The translations under genes and the position numbers were made by a program. Under the pieces are notes generated by a model, which was not told where the DNA came from, did not search any database, and worked only from the letters and a program-made list of their open reading frames with translations. DNA of 62,587 nucleotides, counting the filler, from Basidioascus undulatus (lineage: Eukaryota), in assembly GCA_000826855.1 (NCBI GenBank). It is 6 parts of 6 records of this genome, joined end to end, with 100 filler letters (N's around TTAATTAATTAA, not from the genome) between each part and the next. Parts side by side here need not be neighbours in the genome. Positions count along the whole stretch, not along the records: positions 1 to 6,212 come from JTLS01001787.1; positions 6,313 to 16,769 come from JTLS01001788.1; 4 more parts are not named here. One strand, 5' to 3'. Shown here piece after piece: positions 1 through 12,429 of the stretch (position 1 is its first letter; each line of letters opens with the position of its first letter).

Positions 1-24
1 GCTGGACCATGACTTTTTGGTAAC

Positions 25-310
25 AAGGAACTAAAATTCTAGAAATGAAGAACCAGAGTTCTGGAATATATCAAAATTTTACAAAGAATTCTGGAAAGCA
101 GAAACTAGAATTCCAGAAATACAGAACCAGGATTCTGGAAATGAGGAAGCATAATGCTAAAGGCTGGAAACCAGAATGCAGGAAATGGAAAACAAGGAAT
201 ATTACAAAGCAGAACTCTGAAAGTCCAAAGCTAGAATCAGGAAAGGAAACCCAGAATTCTAGCAAGTGGAAGCCAGCATTCTGAAAATGAGAAAGCTTAG
301 AAATGATAAA
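25..310. repeat. Degenerate ~21-bp tandem repeat built on a palindromic core (variants of CCGGAATTCCGG)
   Basis: Recurring cores ctaaaattctag, ccagagttctgg, ctagaattccag, ccaggattctgg, ccagaattctag, ccagcattctga, separated by short A/G-rich spacers; no CpG present. Confidence 0.7.
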
Positions 311-327
311 TCCCAGATAGGAACCAA

Positions 328-900
328 AGTGCCTGTGACATACCACCTCTTTGTCCACAGTCTGTTACACCTCTTTGGTTCATTTACAGCTGGGTGGGCT
401 GCAACAGGAGGATCAGTGGACCAAACAAGGTGGAAGTAAGTCTTATGCCCTGCAGCTGCAGCAAGGCAAAGTGGCTTTAGCTCATCCCACTTGTAGTGCA
501 GTAACATACCACTTTCTTTCCAGTCATGGTAGATAGATTTAGGTGATGATTCCAGCTTGGTAAGCTTCAGCAGCAGCTGCAGCTGACTAAACAAGCCTGA
601 AGTCAGTCTTGCACCCCACAGCCACAGCAAGGTGAGGTCACTGTGGCCCAGCCTGCATGTAGTGCAGTGACATGCCACTTTGTTTTCCGGGTGGGATACA
701 GCGCTTCACCACATCTACAGTCACCCAATCATCAGCAGCTACAGCACTGGGCCAATGTCATGAATACCCTCCCTCCCTTCACCAAGGACATCTACACCCT
801 CCCCTACCCTCTCCCTATTGTCACTTCCTTTATCTATACCAACAGTCGGCTGAGCTTCAGTTGCAGCAGCAACAGACCAAATGAGGCTGAAATGTCAATA
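328..900 (-). repeat. Degenerate 166-bp tandem repeat; minus-strand translation is leucine-rich-repeat-like (gene relic)
   Basis: ACAT(A/G)CCAC anchors at 338, 504 and 670; units 1 and 2 align colinearly; minus strand reads LWGARLTSGLFSQLQLLLKLTKLE, with stops in other copies. Confidence 0.55.
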
Positions 901-1410
901 ACAGTGATCTGTTTTAGCAACAGGATGCCCAGCACCTGGCAGCCAAATTAGCTGGGGTATAAGTGTTTGAAGGACACAGAAATATTGTTAAATATCTTCC
1001 ACAATTGACTTGGTGAAGCCTGCTGCTGTTGCAAAGAGTGTCTTGTCCTGTGTCGTGCTGTGGAAGTATGATTGTAACAAGCAATGCCCTGCTTCACCCC
1101 CAGTATGAGGCTGCTTTGTTCAAGTTGCCGTTTGTATTGTTTGGAAGACAGCGTCATGTTTGTCTGTACTTTCTCTGACAAAAAGGAAAGTGGAAAGCCT
1201 TGTTTGGAGGAGACGGCCGTTTGACGGCTAGTGTCGATCAGCGACAGACGTCACACGCCAACGCGCTGGCGTTGGGTTGCTGGGCTTCTCCGCTCGTGCC
1301 CCGTTGTTCTCAACACGCTCTGCTTGCCTCGTTCCATCACCTCGTCCTCCATCGTTCGTTCCTTCATCCCCAACCACCACCACCACCACCCCACCCTCCC
1401 CGATCGCAAC

Positions 1411-2634
1411 ATGGCACCCGCCGCGCCCCTCGACCCCAACGCAGGCCGCCTCGGCCACCTCACGCCCGAGCAGCAGGCGACGCTCGCCCAGTTCCGCAAG
1501 GAGCTCCAGGAGACCGAGTACTGGGACGCGCAGCGCCACGACGACCGCACGCTCTTGCGCTTCCTCCGCGCGCGCAAGTTCGACCTCGCCAAGGCCAAGG
1601 AGATGATCCTCAACGCGGAGAAGTGGAGGAGGGACTTTGGGGTCGACAAGATCAAGGAGTGCGTCGGCGCCGCGCGCAGTCTCAGGGGCTCGGTCGCTCG
1701 CGTGCTCACCGCTCGCGCTGTTCCCTCAGGTCCGACTTTGACCCGGCGGAGCGCGCCGCCGTCAACAAGTACTATCCCCAGTTCTACTACAAGACCGACA
1801 AGGTGCGTCGGCGTCGTGACTGTCGCGCTGGGTTGAGGAGAGGCTGATGGGGATTGGTGGGTGCGCACAGGACGGCCGGCCAGTGTACATCGAGCAGCTA
1901 GGCAAGCTGGACGTGCCCGCGCTGTACAAGGCGACGACATCCGAGATGATGCTCAAGCACCTCGTGCTCGAGTACGAGAAGTGCCTGCGCGAGCGCTTTC
2001 CCGCGTGCTCGACCGCCGCCGGCCAGCCGATCGAGACGAGCTGCACGATCATGGACCTCAACAACGTCGGCCTCAAGGCGTTCTACGACGTCAAGGACTA
2101 CGTCGCTCAGGCGAGCAACATCGGCCAGAACTACTAGTGCGTCGGCTGCTCGTCCCCTGAGCGGCGCCCGGCTGAACCGCGAGCTTCCCCACCTCACGCG
2201 CATTTAGCCCCGAAACGATGGGCAAGTTCTACATCATTAACGCTGTGTGTCTTCCTTCTCGCACTGTGTTGGATGGGCACACTGGGTTGGGCTGACGGGT
2301 CTGGACGCGGTGAATTCAGCCCTTCCTGTTCACCACCGTCTGGAGCATCATCAAGGGCTGGCTGGACCCCGTCACCGTCTCCAAGATCACCATCCTCGGC
2401 AAGTCGTACCAGCCCGAGCTGCTCAAGCAGATCCCGGCCGAGAACCTCCCCAAGGAGCTCGGCGGCAAGAGCACCGACGATATCTTCTCCGTGCGTGTTC
2501 CCCACTGACCGGCATGGTGATCGGCTGCAACCTGACTGAATGCCCTTGCTCCCCCTCCTTGCGCTGTCGGAACACAGGACCCCGGCCCCTGGAACACCGC
2601 GTCGAACGGCGCGCCTGCCGCACCGACGGCGTGA
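1411..2634 (+). CDS. SEC14: Sec14 phosphatidylinositol/phosphatidylcholine transfer protein (CRAL-TRIO), 6 exons
   Basis: [71 protein letters not shown]; introns 1659-1729, 1803-1870, 2137-2207, 2245-2319 and 2491-2577 keep the frame; stop TGA 2632-2634. Confidence 0.95.
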
Positions 2635-3366
2635 GCACGACCCGTCGGTCTCAATGCCTACCCTCGATCCCGTCCCCTCCTCGGCCTCTCCACCCTCACG
2701 GCACCAATACCAGTCCCGCCTCGCACCCACCTAGACAAGCCATCTCACACACCCCCGTTCCAGCGCGTGTACTTTCCTGCTGGCCTCCCCATCTCTTGAT
2801 TTGCCCGCATAATCACGCTTTCGCCCTCGCAACCCCCAAACGCACTGTTCCAGCACACTTTATATCTTTGCTTCCCTCTTGCATTCGCGCCTTCGTTCCT
2901 CTCTTCTACTTGCTGCTTTACATGATGACTTTGCGACCCGCGTCGCTGGGTAGCGACTCGAATCGATGTGCGCGCGATGCACTCAACTGCTCTCGCTGAA
3001 AAAGAGTCTCATTTGTCTGGCTGTCTGCGTGCTTCAAAATTTCATTCCACTTTCAAAAGACATGCACGCACTGCTGAGTGCGATGCCTGAAAATAGTGTG
3101 TTGGGCAGGCCATGAGCAGCCATTGCGTGAAAACGCGGTCTCGGTGGCGAGGAGAGCAATTGAGCCGGCGCGCGCCCTTCGCGTGTCTCTTGCCCTCGAA
3201 CCACCACACCTCCCACTCTCCTTCTCATCGAACTTTTCCCCCTTTGCATATACTTCTACACCACTCGTATTTGAGTAGTATCGCAAGATCCTGTACGACA
3301 CCAGACGGTCCACCGAACGCGCGTCACGGCGTATTTTCGCGCGGCGTCTTCCCCCTGCGCGATCTC

Positions 3367-6212
3367 ATGGACCCCCAGCCCACGCCAGCGCCGGCAGCAG
3401 CGTCTACGAGCGGGCTGAATGGGCCCTCAGAGCCAACGCCACCGCCCGTAGCTCCCCCGATACCACCACCACCGCCGCCCACCGCGCCGCCGGCCGCTGC
3501 TCCTCCCCCTCCACCTGCTGGCCCGTCCAGCTCTCGCACGCTACGCACCCGGGGGGCCGCGAAGCATCCTGTGCCGCTCGAGGGGGAGGCGCTGGAGCGT
3601 GCGGTAGGGGAGAAGAAGGCGGCGCTGCTGGAGGAGAAGCAGCGGGCACTGGAGGAGACCGCTTTGGCACACGATGGCTTGGTGAGTCGCTCGTCTGCTT
3701 GGGAGTGCTAAGGCTGCAGGGGAACTAAGCGTGGTGGTGCGCGCTACTCAGCTCCGGGAGCTGTTCCACTTGGAGAAGTTCGTCTCGCTCGTCCACTATG
3801 ATCCACAGGTGCGTTTCAGCCCGTTTCCCTCCGCTGCCTTGGCAAAGCTGAGTGATCGATATTCGCAGGCGGCGAAGCAAGATCAGTCGGAGGTCTTTCT
3901 CGCCGTACGTTCACGTTCTGGTTTCCCTGGGCCTAACATCACCTTACCCCTTCCCCTCCGTCACTAGTGGAAGCAACCGTACGACCTTCTCACGAAACTA
4001 CCCGGCTCTGGCGCGTCGTCTGGTCCGACCCCGCGCACGACTCGACGCGCCATGAACGATCTGAAGGGTGCTCTGAGCCTCGACAAGGGCAAGGCGCCCG
4101 CCGTCGCTACGCCAACTCCAGCGAAGCGACCGCGACCGTCCGCGCCGAGCTCGTCTTCCATGCCCATGCTCCCGCCGAGCGAGGTGCCCCGACGCGCTGT
4201 CAACGGGCACCAGCGGACCCCCGCTGCTGCTTCGACAAGCACTGCTTCCTCTTCCGCTACGCCTGTCAGGCGGCCGAGCAAGAAGAAGGCTTCTGAGGTC
4301 GATGTCTCCTCCGCATCGTGGTCGTCGTCGCCCCCGAAACGCTCGCACAAAAAACAGCAGCCGGACTACACCTCCTCGCCCGCCGTCTCCTCTCCTCTTG
4401 CCGGCCCGTCAAAACCGAGCAAGAAACGCCCCTCGGACCCCACTCCCTCGCCACCCATATTTAAGCGCATCAAGCTCATTCACCGCATCCCCCCTCCCGT
4501 CTACACCCACCCTGACCAGCGCCCGCCCTCCCCCCGCTTCGGCAAGAGCCTCACCGCGTTCCTCGAGTCGTACATCAGCCTCGAGGAGGCAGACGGGGAC
4601 GTCCCGCGCAAGCAGGTCGAGGAGCGCATCGCGGCGGACGCGGGGTTCAGGCGGCGAATACGCGCCATGCGCGCGCAAGGCCGCATGTCCCTCCCAACCA
4701 GGACGTCCCTCCCCTCCGACCCCTCTTCCTCCTCCGAAGCCACCGCCGCCGCCACCCCCGCGAAGCCGAACGTTAACCTCGCATCCATCAAGCCGCACCG
4801 CGACCCGCCCGTTGAGCCGGCGCACCACACCCACCTCGTCGCTCACGGCGTCCAGTTCTCGGCCCTCCTCCGTGCAGAGTCCAAGGCCCGCGTCGCGACG
4901 ACTAAGAAGATCAGCCGCATGGTCCTCGCGCACTTTGAGCGCGCCAAGGGCGCGGATGAGCGCGCGCGCAAGGAGGAGGAGAAACGCATGCGCGCGCTTG
5001 CCAAGTGGACGGTGCGCGAGGTCGGGAGGAAGTGGAAGCTCGCTGTGGATGTACGTCCTGCCCTTCATGCACAGTGCCTGGAATCCCGCATTGACTTCCT
5101 TTTCGCTGTCGCGCATCAAGGTCATTCGGGCCCGCAGGAAGGCCATAGAGAGGAAGGAGCTCGACCGCCGGCAGGCCGCCCACCTCGACGCCATCCTCGA
5201 GCAGTCGCATCAGATGCTCACCGCGCAGCAGGCCGACCTGCACCACCGCCGCTCGCGGTCGCAGTCCGAATCGTCTTCCCCATCTCGCGCTCGGACACGC
5301 TCACGCTCGGCAAGCTTCGCTTCGTACGAAACAGACGCACCCAGCGTCGAGGAGGACGAGGGGCAGAGCGAGGACGAGGTGGTGGAGGAAGCCGGGGCGT
5401 CGGACTCGGAGGGCGCAAGCAGAGCGATGTCTGCGTCGGCAGCGGCTTCAGATGCGGAGGAGGAGCTCGAAGAGGGCGATGCGGACATCGTCGACGCTGC
5501 GTTGGTGCACGACGGTCCATCGAGCTCCCCTGCTGTCGCGCAGCGTGTCAACGGCTACGCCCCGCCTTCGCCGAGTCCGTCATTCACCACTCCTCATCGG
5601 AACGGCGAGCCCAGCACCCTACCCGAATCGGCCTCCCCCTCCGCCGCCTCCACCCCTGCCCCTCCATCCGCCCCCGTCTTCACCCCCTCGAAACTCCCTC
5701 CCCGCCGCTCACGCTCTCGCCGCGCTTCATCGACTTCGCGCACATCTCTCGCTTCCGCCCCCGACCCAGACGCCGGGGACGTGGAGTTCCCTGCGCACGC
5801 GCTCGCAGACGAGACCGCGGACGACTTGCGCTATGATGCGGAGATGGACGAGGACGATGGGGAGAGCGATGATAGCGAGCTGGACGGCCTGAACGAGGAC
5901 GCTGAGCTGTCTATTGAGGAGCTCATGGCCAAGTACGGGTATGGCCCGCGCGAGGGGGCAGAGGAGGACGAGGGGAAGGAAGAGGAGGAAGAGGAGCGAG
6001 TCGACGAGTATGGCGAGTCGGTAGCGCCCGAGCCAGTCGAACGCGCCAAGGAGGTCGTGGAGCCGCCCATCGCACCAGATCCGCAGCGCCTCGAAGTCGA
6101 GCCGCCGCCACATCCTCAGTACGACGGCGACGACAGCGACGACGACCTCCTGCTTCTCCCCCGCCGTCCCGCCGCCCTCCCACAATCGCATCTGCATACA
6201 CTACTTCAACAC
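3367..6212 (+). CDS. SWR1: Swr1/p400-type chromatin remodeller, N-terminal part with HSA domain; truncated by assembly gap
   Basis: HSA-like helix HHTHLVAHGVQFSALLRAESKARVATTKKISRMVLAHF...KWTVREVGRKWKLA; HLDAILEQSHQML; acidic tract with LNEDAELSIEELMAKYG; ATPase domain not in the window. Confidence 0.8.
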
Positions 6213-6312
6213 NNNNNNNNNNNNNNNNNNNNNNNNNNNNNNNNNNNNNNNNNNNNTTAATTAATTAANNNNNNNNNNNNNNNNNNNNNNNNNNNNNNNN
6301 NNNNNNNNNNNN
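6213..6312. other. Artificial contig linker (N44-TTAATTAATTAA-N44)
   Basis: N runs flanking a six-frame-stop linker. Confidence 0.98.
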
Positions 6313-7952
6313 CCCCTCCTCCTCCCCCCCCTCCCCCCCCGCCCCGCCCTCTTCCTCTTCTCCCTCCTCGCCTACCACCCCCGCCGCCCCCTCACCAGCG
6401 ACCACCAACCCAGCCTTCTCAGCATTCATCGCTTCCCTCACGGCTGACCTCGACGCAGTCATGGCGTCCTACGCGTCCGCCGCGCTCTCCCAGCCCTTGC
6501 CCGAGGGGCAGACCCGCCGGCCCGAGGTCCGGGGGGAGGGGAGCGAGGCGAGTCTGAACTTCTTCCGCGTGCATCGGTTCGAGGAGAGGGGGGTCGTCCC
6601 ACCGCCACCCGCGTCTGCGCCCGCACCTGCGCCTGCGGCGGCGGACGCGGAGAGCGATCCGCTCCCGTTTCCGCCTGCGCCGGAAGCCGAGGAGGGCGAA
6701 CGCGAGCGCGAACGGGCGCCGGAGAGGGACCGCCCCGCCATCGTCCCTGTCGTCATGGTCGGCGTGCGGTCCATCGCGAACGGCGAGACGCTCCCGTTTG
6801 GGCTGGGGACAGCGGGCGGGGCGGGCGCGGGGCTCGGCGGGCTTGGCGAGGCCGGTGCCGGTGTTGGTCCACAGGAGGGAGCGGGAGAGCGGGAGGGGCG
6901 CATGGACGTGGATGGTGAGGGCGACGCGGAGGCGCGGCCTTCACCGGCGCCGGGGCAGCCGCAGCCGTTGGGACAGGGGAGCAGGAGCTATATCATTTGG
7001 GTTGTTGGTGCGTCGCTGTTCCTCTGCTTTGGAACTGTGGGACGAATTGGGAGAAGAGGAGGATGGACGCTGACCCGGGTGGATATGTTGGACCTGGCAG
7101 GCGGACACTACCCGACTACGCACCCGCTCCTTACTATCCCGGGGCTGCTGACGGGCCAGTTTGACTACGAGGGTGAGTCTTTCCTCCAGCCCTACATCTT
7201 TTTTCCGCTCTCCTCCGCCGCCCCGCACCCATACCTACTCCGCCATCCCCATCGTCCCCCGCCCCCAAATCGCACACCGCTGACATGCCCTCCCCCTCCC
7301 ACCACCACCAGACCTCCTCCGCCTCGCCGAGCTCCTCGGGCCCGCCAAGCCGCCCACCACAACGGCCGAGCAGCTCGCCGCGAGCGGGCTGGCGGTGATC
7401 AAGGGCCGGGACGTGCGCTCATGGGCTGCGCAGGGCAGGGTGAAGGAGAACACTGCTGAGCGTGTACGCCCTTTCCCTCTTCCCCTTCCCCTTCCCCTCG
7501 GTTTCCCATTCCGCTTTCCCTTCCCGCTTCGCCTCCGCTTTCCCCTTCCCCTCGCCGTGCCCTTTGCCCTTTCCTTTCCTCTTTCCTGTCCCTTCCCCCT
7601 TCCCCTGCCTTAACACTCCCTCCCTCCCTACCCCGTTCCAATCTATTCTCCTTCGTTCGGTATGCCTCGGTAAAGGTGCTGACGGTGGGTGGATTCTTTG
7701 GACAGTGCCTCGTCTGTCTCGGCGACTACGAGGACGAGGACGACGTCCGCGTGCTCGGGTGCGGGCATGCGTTCCAGAAGGAGTGCGTCGATCGGTGGCT
7801 GTGCGAGAGCCATAACAAGTGCGTCCTGCGTTTTCTTTCCCGTCGGTCGAGGCTGGTTGGCGGGGGCGTTGCTGACTCTGGACCTGGGGTGCGTGCGTTG
7901 CAGTTGCCCGGTTTGCAGAGACAAGGCCGTCGCGGTTGAGAACGGCGCGTGA
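6313..7952 (+). CDS. RING-H2-like E3 ubiquitin ligase, 5'-truncated, multi-exon
   Basis: SRSYIIWVVGGHYP..., YEDLLRLAELLGPAKPP, C-terminal CLVCLGDYEDEDDVRVLGCGHAFQKECVDRWL...CPVCR; stop at 7950-7952. Confidence 0.85.
7470..7610 (+). repeat. Intronic pyrimidine microsatellite (TTCCCN)n
   Basis: Visible ttccct/ttcccc hexamers within the RING gene intron. Confidence 0.7.
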
Positions 7953-8758
7953 GGCCGACCTACCCCTCCCTTCTGATCTCCTTCCTTCCTTTCTTGTAGG
8001 TTCATCTTCGCGTTAGACCCCCCCTTCTTCCTTTGCGCCTCCACCGCACCGCATTCGTCCTTCTCGCACACCCCGTTCCCATCTTTGTTCACACTCCTCA
8101 CTTCGTCGCATCAGCCTTCGTCGCATCTGCCCATAGCCCCCGCAGTAATCATGCCCTATACACAACCCCTTCCCACCCGCTCTCCTCTTCATTCCTCGTC
8201 GGTTCGCGCACGTCCTCGTAGCAGTCAGTAGTAGTATGTCCGTCAGCAGCAGCCATATAGCATGTAGACCGTCCGTCTTGATCTAGGTATTCTTGAGAAG
8301 GGGAAGAAAGGAGGCATATGATCAATCATGAATCTGAGGAGGGTGTGTTGATCAGGCGCGCTGAGGTGGTTCCTGGAAGGGCTTGGGAGTGATCACTTTC
8401 AGGGCCATTGTGATGGTCGGTTGCTACTAACGAAAGCCTATTTGCTTCAGGAAATTTCATGGAGCCCAGTAGACAGAAGCGACAATACCAAATACCGCCC
8501 TACGAAAATGTAAATTAAACCAGCAGATGAGAGCGAAGATTTGAAGAGGAACAGCACAAAAGTGGTAAGCCGGAACTACTTAAGATATAAATGTCTGTTG
8601 CCTGCTGTCATGGCTGTAACAGCAGTGAAGCGTAAGGGACACCTAGCAAAGATCAAGGGAGCGCGTAAACTGACAGTTGCGCAGTAAATGTGTACGCAGA
8701 GCCCAAGTACGCTGGACAATCCGCGCGAAGTCGCTGGCAGGCAACTGGCAGTGGCAAG

Positions 8759-8825
8759 CTCACGGTCACGGTTAGATCACTATCACGGTCGCGGTCACGG
8801 TCGCGGTCACGGATGTGGTCACAAC
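8759..8825 (+). repeat. Hexamer microsatellite (TC[A/G]CGG)n
   Basis: tcacggtcacgg...tcacggtcgcggtcacggtcgcggtcacgg. Confidence 0.65.
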
Positions 8826-10459
8826 CGCGTGTGCCGGCGCAGTTCACTCTTTTTCTGGCCTTCTTGCATGCGTCATTGCTCGTTGAGCTTACACTTCCTC
8901 CCCATACCCCCCTTTTTCCTTTTTTTCGTATTTTTCGGTCTGTCTGCTCTTCGTCCTACCTTTTCTCGCCGCCTTCTCCTCAACCCACCTCCAACCTCTC
9001 GCCCCCCCACCTCCCCGTTCTTCCCACCTTGGAGAATGGAATAATGTGGCGAAGTCTCACAAAACTGTGTGGCGCTTGAGCTTGGCGCGCGCTTTTCTTG
9101 GTAGTGGGCATGTCAGTTTCTGCTGCTCGTGTGGTCGCTTTGTTGTTCTACTGCTCTGCACTTCCACTCGAAACTCGCGTCTCGTTGTCACTCTCAACTG
9201 AAGGTGACTGAACACGAGATCTTGCCTGGCTGGGTTGATGCTCTCTGGGACGTGCTCGTGGACGCCTTCCCAATTCTATAGCTTCTTCATCCCTGCCGCC
9301 AGGACCACGCAGCACGCCGGCCTCGCCGTCCAGAACGCAGCAAGCCCTTCACTAACTTCGTCTACTAAGCTTCATGTTTGCACTCATGACGGTCAGCGCG
9401 TTATAGCGGCAGTGAACAAGCTTTGCTGATGTACAATTCAACAACCTCAACTGCTCGCATATCACGAGCGCTGAGACACTGTTCCCTTTCTGGCTGGATT
9501 CATCGGGTGACAGCGATAATGGCAGTATCCGCGGGTGTGCTTCGGCTGCTACATGTGTACCAGACGGTAAGGTCAGTTTGGCGGGTCTCGGTGCCTGCTT
9601 GTGACGCCTTGTGGAAGAATGTCACCTCAACTTCAATTAGCCGTACTTGAAACACGCACGAAACAGCCTCCCTGTGGGCACTCGGTTGGAGCCTGAGGAC
9701 GAGGGTACCCGGCTGGGCCTGAGTGAGACTTCCAGCACGACTCTCGCTTCAAGCACGCCAACTCAGGACGCTGTCCTAGATGGCAGCAACGTAAGTGGAC
9801 GATAAGTTATCTTATGATGCACTGGAGCATAGGAAGGGCTGCTGTCTGGGGCGCAGCAGGCTTTAAACAGTTAGGAGGTTCTATCGGGCGTCACCTTGAC
9901 GGAGGGACTTGCGCACCTTGCGAAGCGCAGTCCTGTGCCGGACGCCAGCGGGCTCGCCTGTATCTCGAGCGACCCTTACCCCAAGATCAGCCGCCGCCGA
10001 CCGCGACGCAGGCCGCCGCCGACACGGACGACGAGTTTGGAATGGCTGTGTTAAGTCACGTCGCTCTTTCGTCTGCTCGCCTCAATAGTCATCGCCCACA
10101 CCACATTTACAGCCAGCCTTTCAATTATCTTCCCACTCGACTCTTTGCACGCAGTAGTTATTCTCGCTATCGCCTCTTCTCACATATGACCTGTAACCTC
10201 TTCGTCCTTCGAACAGTTTGGGTTAGACGCATTTGCCACAATCATTGCTAAAGCGCGTGTGTGTGTGACGCAGAGTCTTCCTTCCCTTTGTTGAAATACT
10301 TGCGCTTCTGCTGAGGGCGAGGGTACCATCCATCCTTCGGACATCCGGCCACATCATTTATCCTTCCTTTCATGCTCACGCTGATGCACTCTGCATGAAA
10401 AGTCAGAACAGGACTCCTAGGTAGATGGGAAGCTGAACCGCATCGCCGCGCTTCAATTT

Positions 10460-10640
10460 GTTCGGGGTTAGGCGTTAAGAGCTCTGCATGGGGGGACGCC
10501 GCTAGTGAGCTTCTAGAAGGTATAGGCAGGAGGCAGGAGAAGCTCCATGATGGAAGANGGGGCAGGAGAGGGGGGGGGGCAGGACAAAGGGGACTGGCCC
10601 AACACCAAACCCCGAGACAGGGATGAGATCTGTTGAGTCG
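10460..10640 (-). mobile_element. 3'-UTR fragment of the same non-LTR family as 12430-14295, inverted
   Basis: Reverse complement ctcactagcggcgtcccccCATGCAGAGCTCTTAAC matches gtcactagcggcgtcgCATGCAGAGCTCTTAAC at ~14217-14249; weaker similarity continues ~100 bp upstream. Confidence 0.6.
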
Positions 10641-12429
10641 GAAAGGACAGAGAGACAGGAGGCGACGCATGCGAAGAGTAAAAACTTAAGATTCTTCTTG
10701 TTGGAAAGCGGAGCTGCACAGGAATGCCCACCCGGGAAGTAGAGCCCGACAACTCTTCCCCCTCGTCGCCCCCCTCAGCCCTCTGCGCACAACTCTCGTG
10801 CTCAACATCTTCTGCCTTTCTCTCCTCTTTTTAAGCTACACTTTGGACGCAGCGACAATCTGTTCCAGGCAACAGACTGACTCGAAGAATGGCTTGGTAA
10901 AGGGAGAGAGACGGTAGAGGAGGCGGGAAAGGGTGGGGGGAGGGGATGGTTTGCAATAATGCAAACACCGGGAGGGTCGTTGTGGTGCTCAACCAGAACC
11001 ATATGGTTTAACTTCTGGCCAGGGAAGGTGAGGTGAGATGAGCAGCAAGCGTTTGAGCTACATTGTGCACAAAGCTGGAATAGATTCTAGCGGCCAGCCA
11101 AGTACAAGGGCGGCGCGCTTCCACCGGACAACACGCAAGCCTGAAAGCCAGTTTTGCGCTCCAGGACGTCATCTGTGTGCTTTGACTACAACATGTAGTG
11201 GGACAAGACTGGTCCCTTTGCACCCAGCCACTGCTGCGTCAGCGGCAGGGACTACGCTGGCCGCTTCCAGGTTTCCTGTTCTAATGACAATCCAAGACAT
11301 TTGCTGCAAGTCCCAAAAGACAATGCAGTCCCCTTCTGTCAGCCTGTGTTTAGCTGTCCTTGCTTCAATGTATACCTTGTTTCATGTCGTCTTATTAGGG
11401 CGCTGTCGTTTCGGCTTTTCTCACTTATGACAATGGCAACTGAGGTGCTATCTCATGCCACTTGTCACAAGTTGAAGCATGAGCCCAAAAGACAGCCTCT
11501 CTTTCGTCAATGTCAAGTGTCCTGTCGTTGCTTGTTGGGTCGCTGCCTGACGAGAAGGCTTCCCAGGGACAGGTAAATACCCCCAGTGAAGTGGTGAGCC
11601 TCCTTTGCCCCCTTCTCAACCAAAGACATCCCCCTCCTTGTTCTGAGGTGCACGCTAACATTCTTGTTCTGGTACGTTTCCAACTGGGAACACATGTTGA
11701 GTGCTGACTACTCCAGTGTCGGAGGTGGCAGAAAGCTGGAAAGACAGCCTGAAAGGATTACATCTTGCAAGGGACTGAGATAATGGACAGCAGATAGCCA
11801 ACCTTCTTACATTATGCAAACTTATGCAAAGCATCAAACGACATTGCCCGCAAGGCAGCAAAGGGCTCCATTGTTGGTCTGCTGAACGTTCTTCTGCAAG
11901 AAAATGACCACCTATCATTTATTTCAGTTTGGGGTTCTTTGAGCATTTTAACGTGCACAGCTTTCTTATGATGTGAAGGGTAAAGAACTAGCAAGTAGTG
12001 AAAAGGAAGGGCCTAGGATACATGGAGGGAGGCTATGACCAAGGCAGAAGACAAGACCGGAAACTCACCCAAGGCTGTTGCTGGATAGCGGCAGTGATGA
12101 GAGAAGCTGCTCTTCCGGAGACTGTGATGACGGGACAGCGGCGATATTTCCATAAGGATGATTGGCGCTGCCTTCTCCCTCTACATGTCTGTGACCTTCC
12201 AGAGGTTGACGGAAACAGGTCAGTTGAGGTCTGTTAGAACTATGGCTCATGAGTGTGAAGGATCCTACCTTGCCACTCTCAGTCACCCTTGCATCACCAA
12301 TGAACTAGGTATCACCAGTTTCATAAACAAGCGCCACACCCTCTTCAAAAATAATGAAGGTACGTAGGGGGTTCAATTTAGTTTTTGAAAGGCTAGCGCA
12401 AAAAGGAGCCTGAGGAGAATGTTGTGCAG

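Noticed and set aside
6257..6268. TTAATTAATTAA recurring five times
   Set aside because: Always centred in N runs; an artificial six-frame-stop linker, so gene neighbourhoods across it are not evidence
1200..7460. Many long overlapping or antisense ORFs in the ORF track
   Set aside because: Shadow frames caused by high GC and codon bias in SEC14, SWR1 and RING exons
8690..9079. SR-protein-like ORF (RSRSRSRS)
   Set aside because: The RS run is only the hexamer microsatellite; no RRM or splice structure
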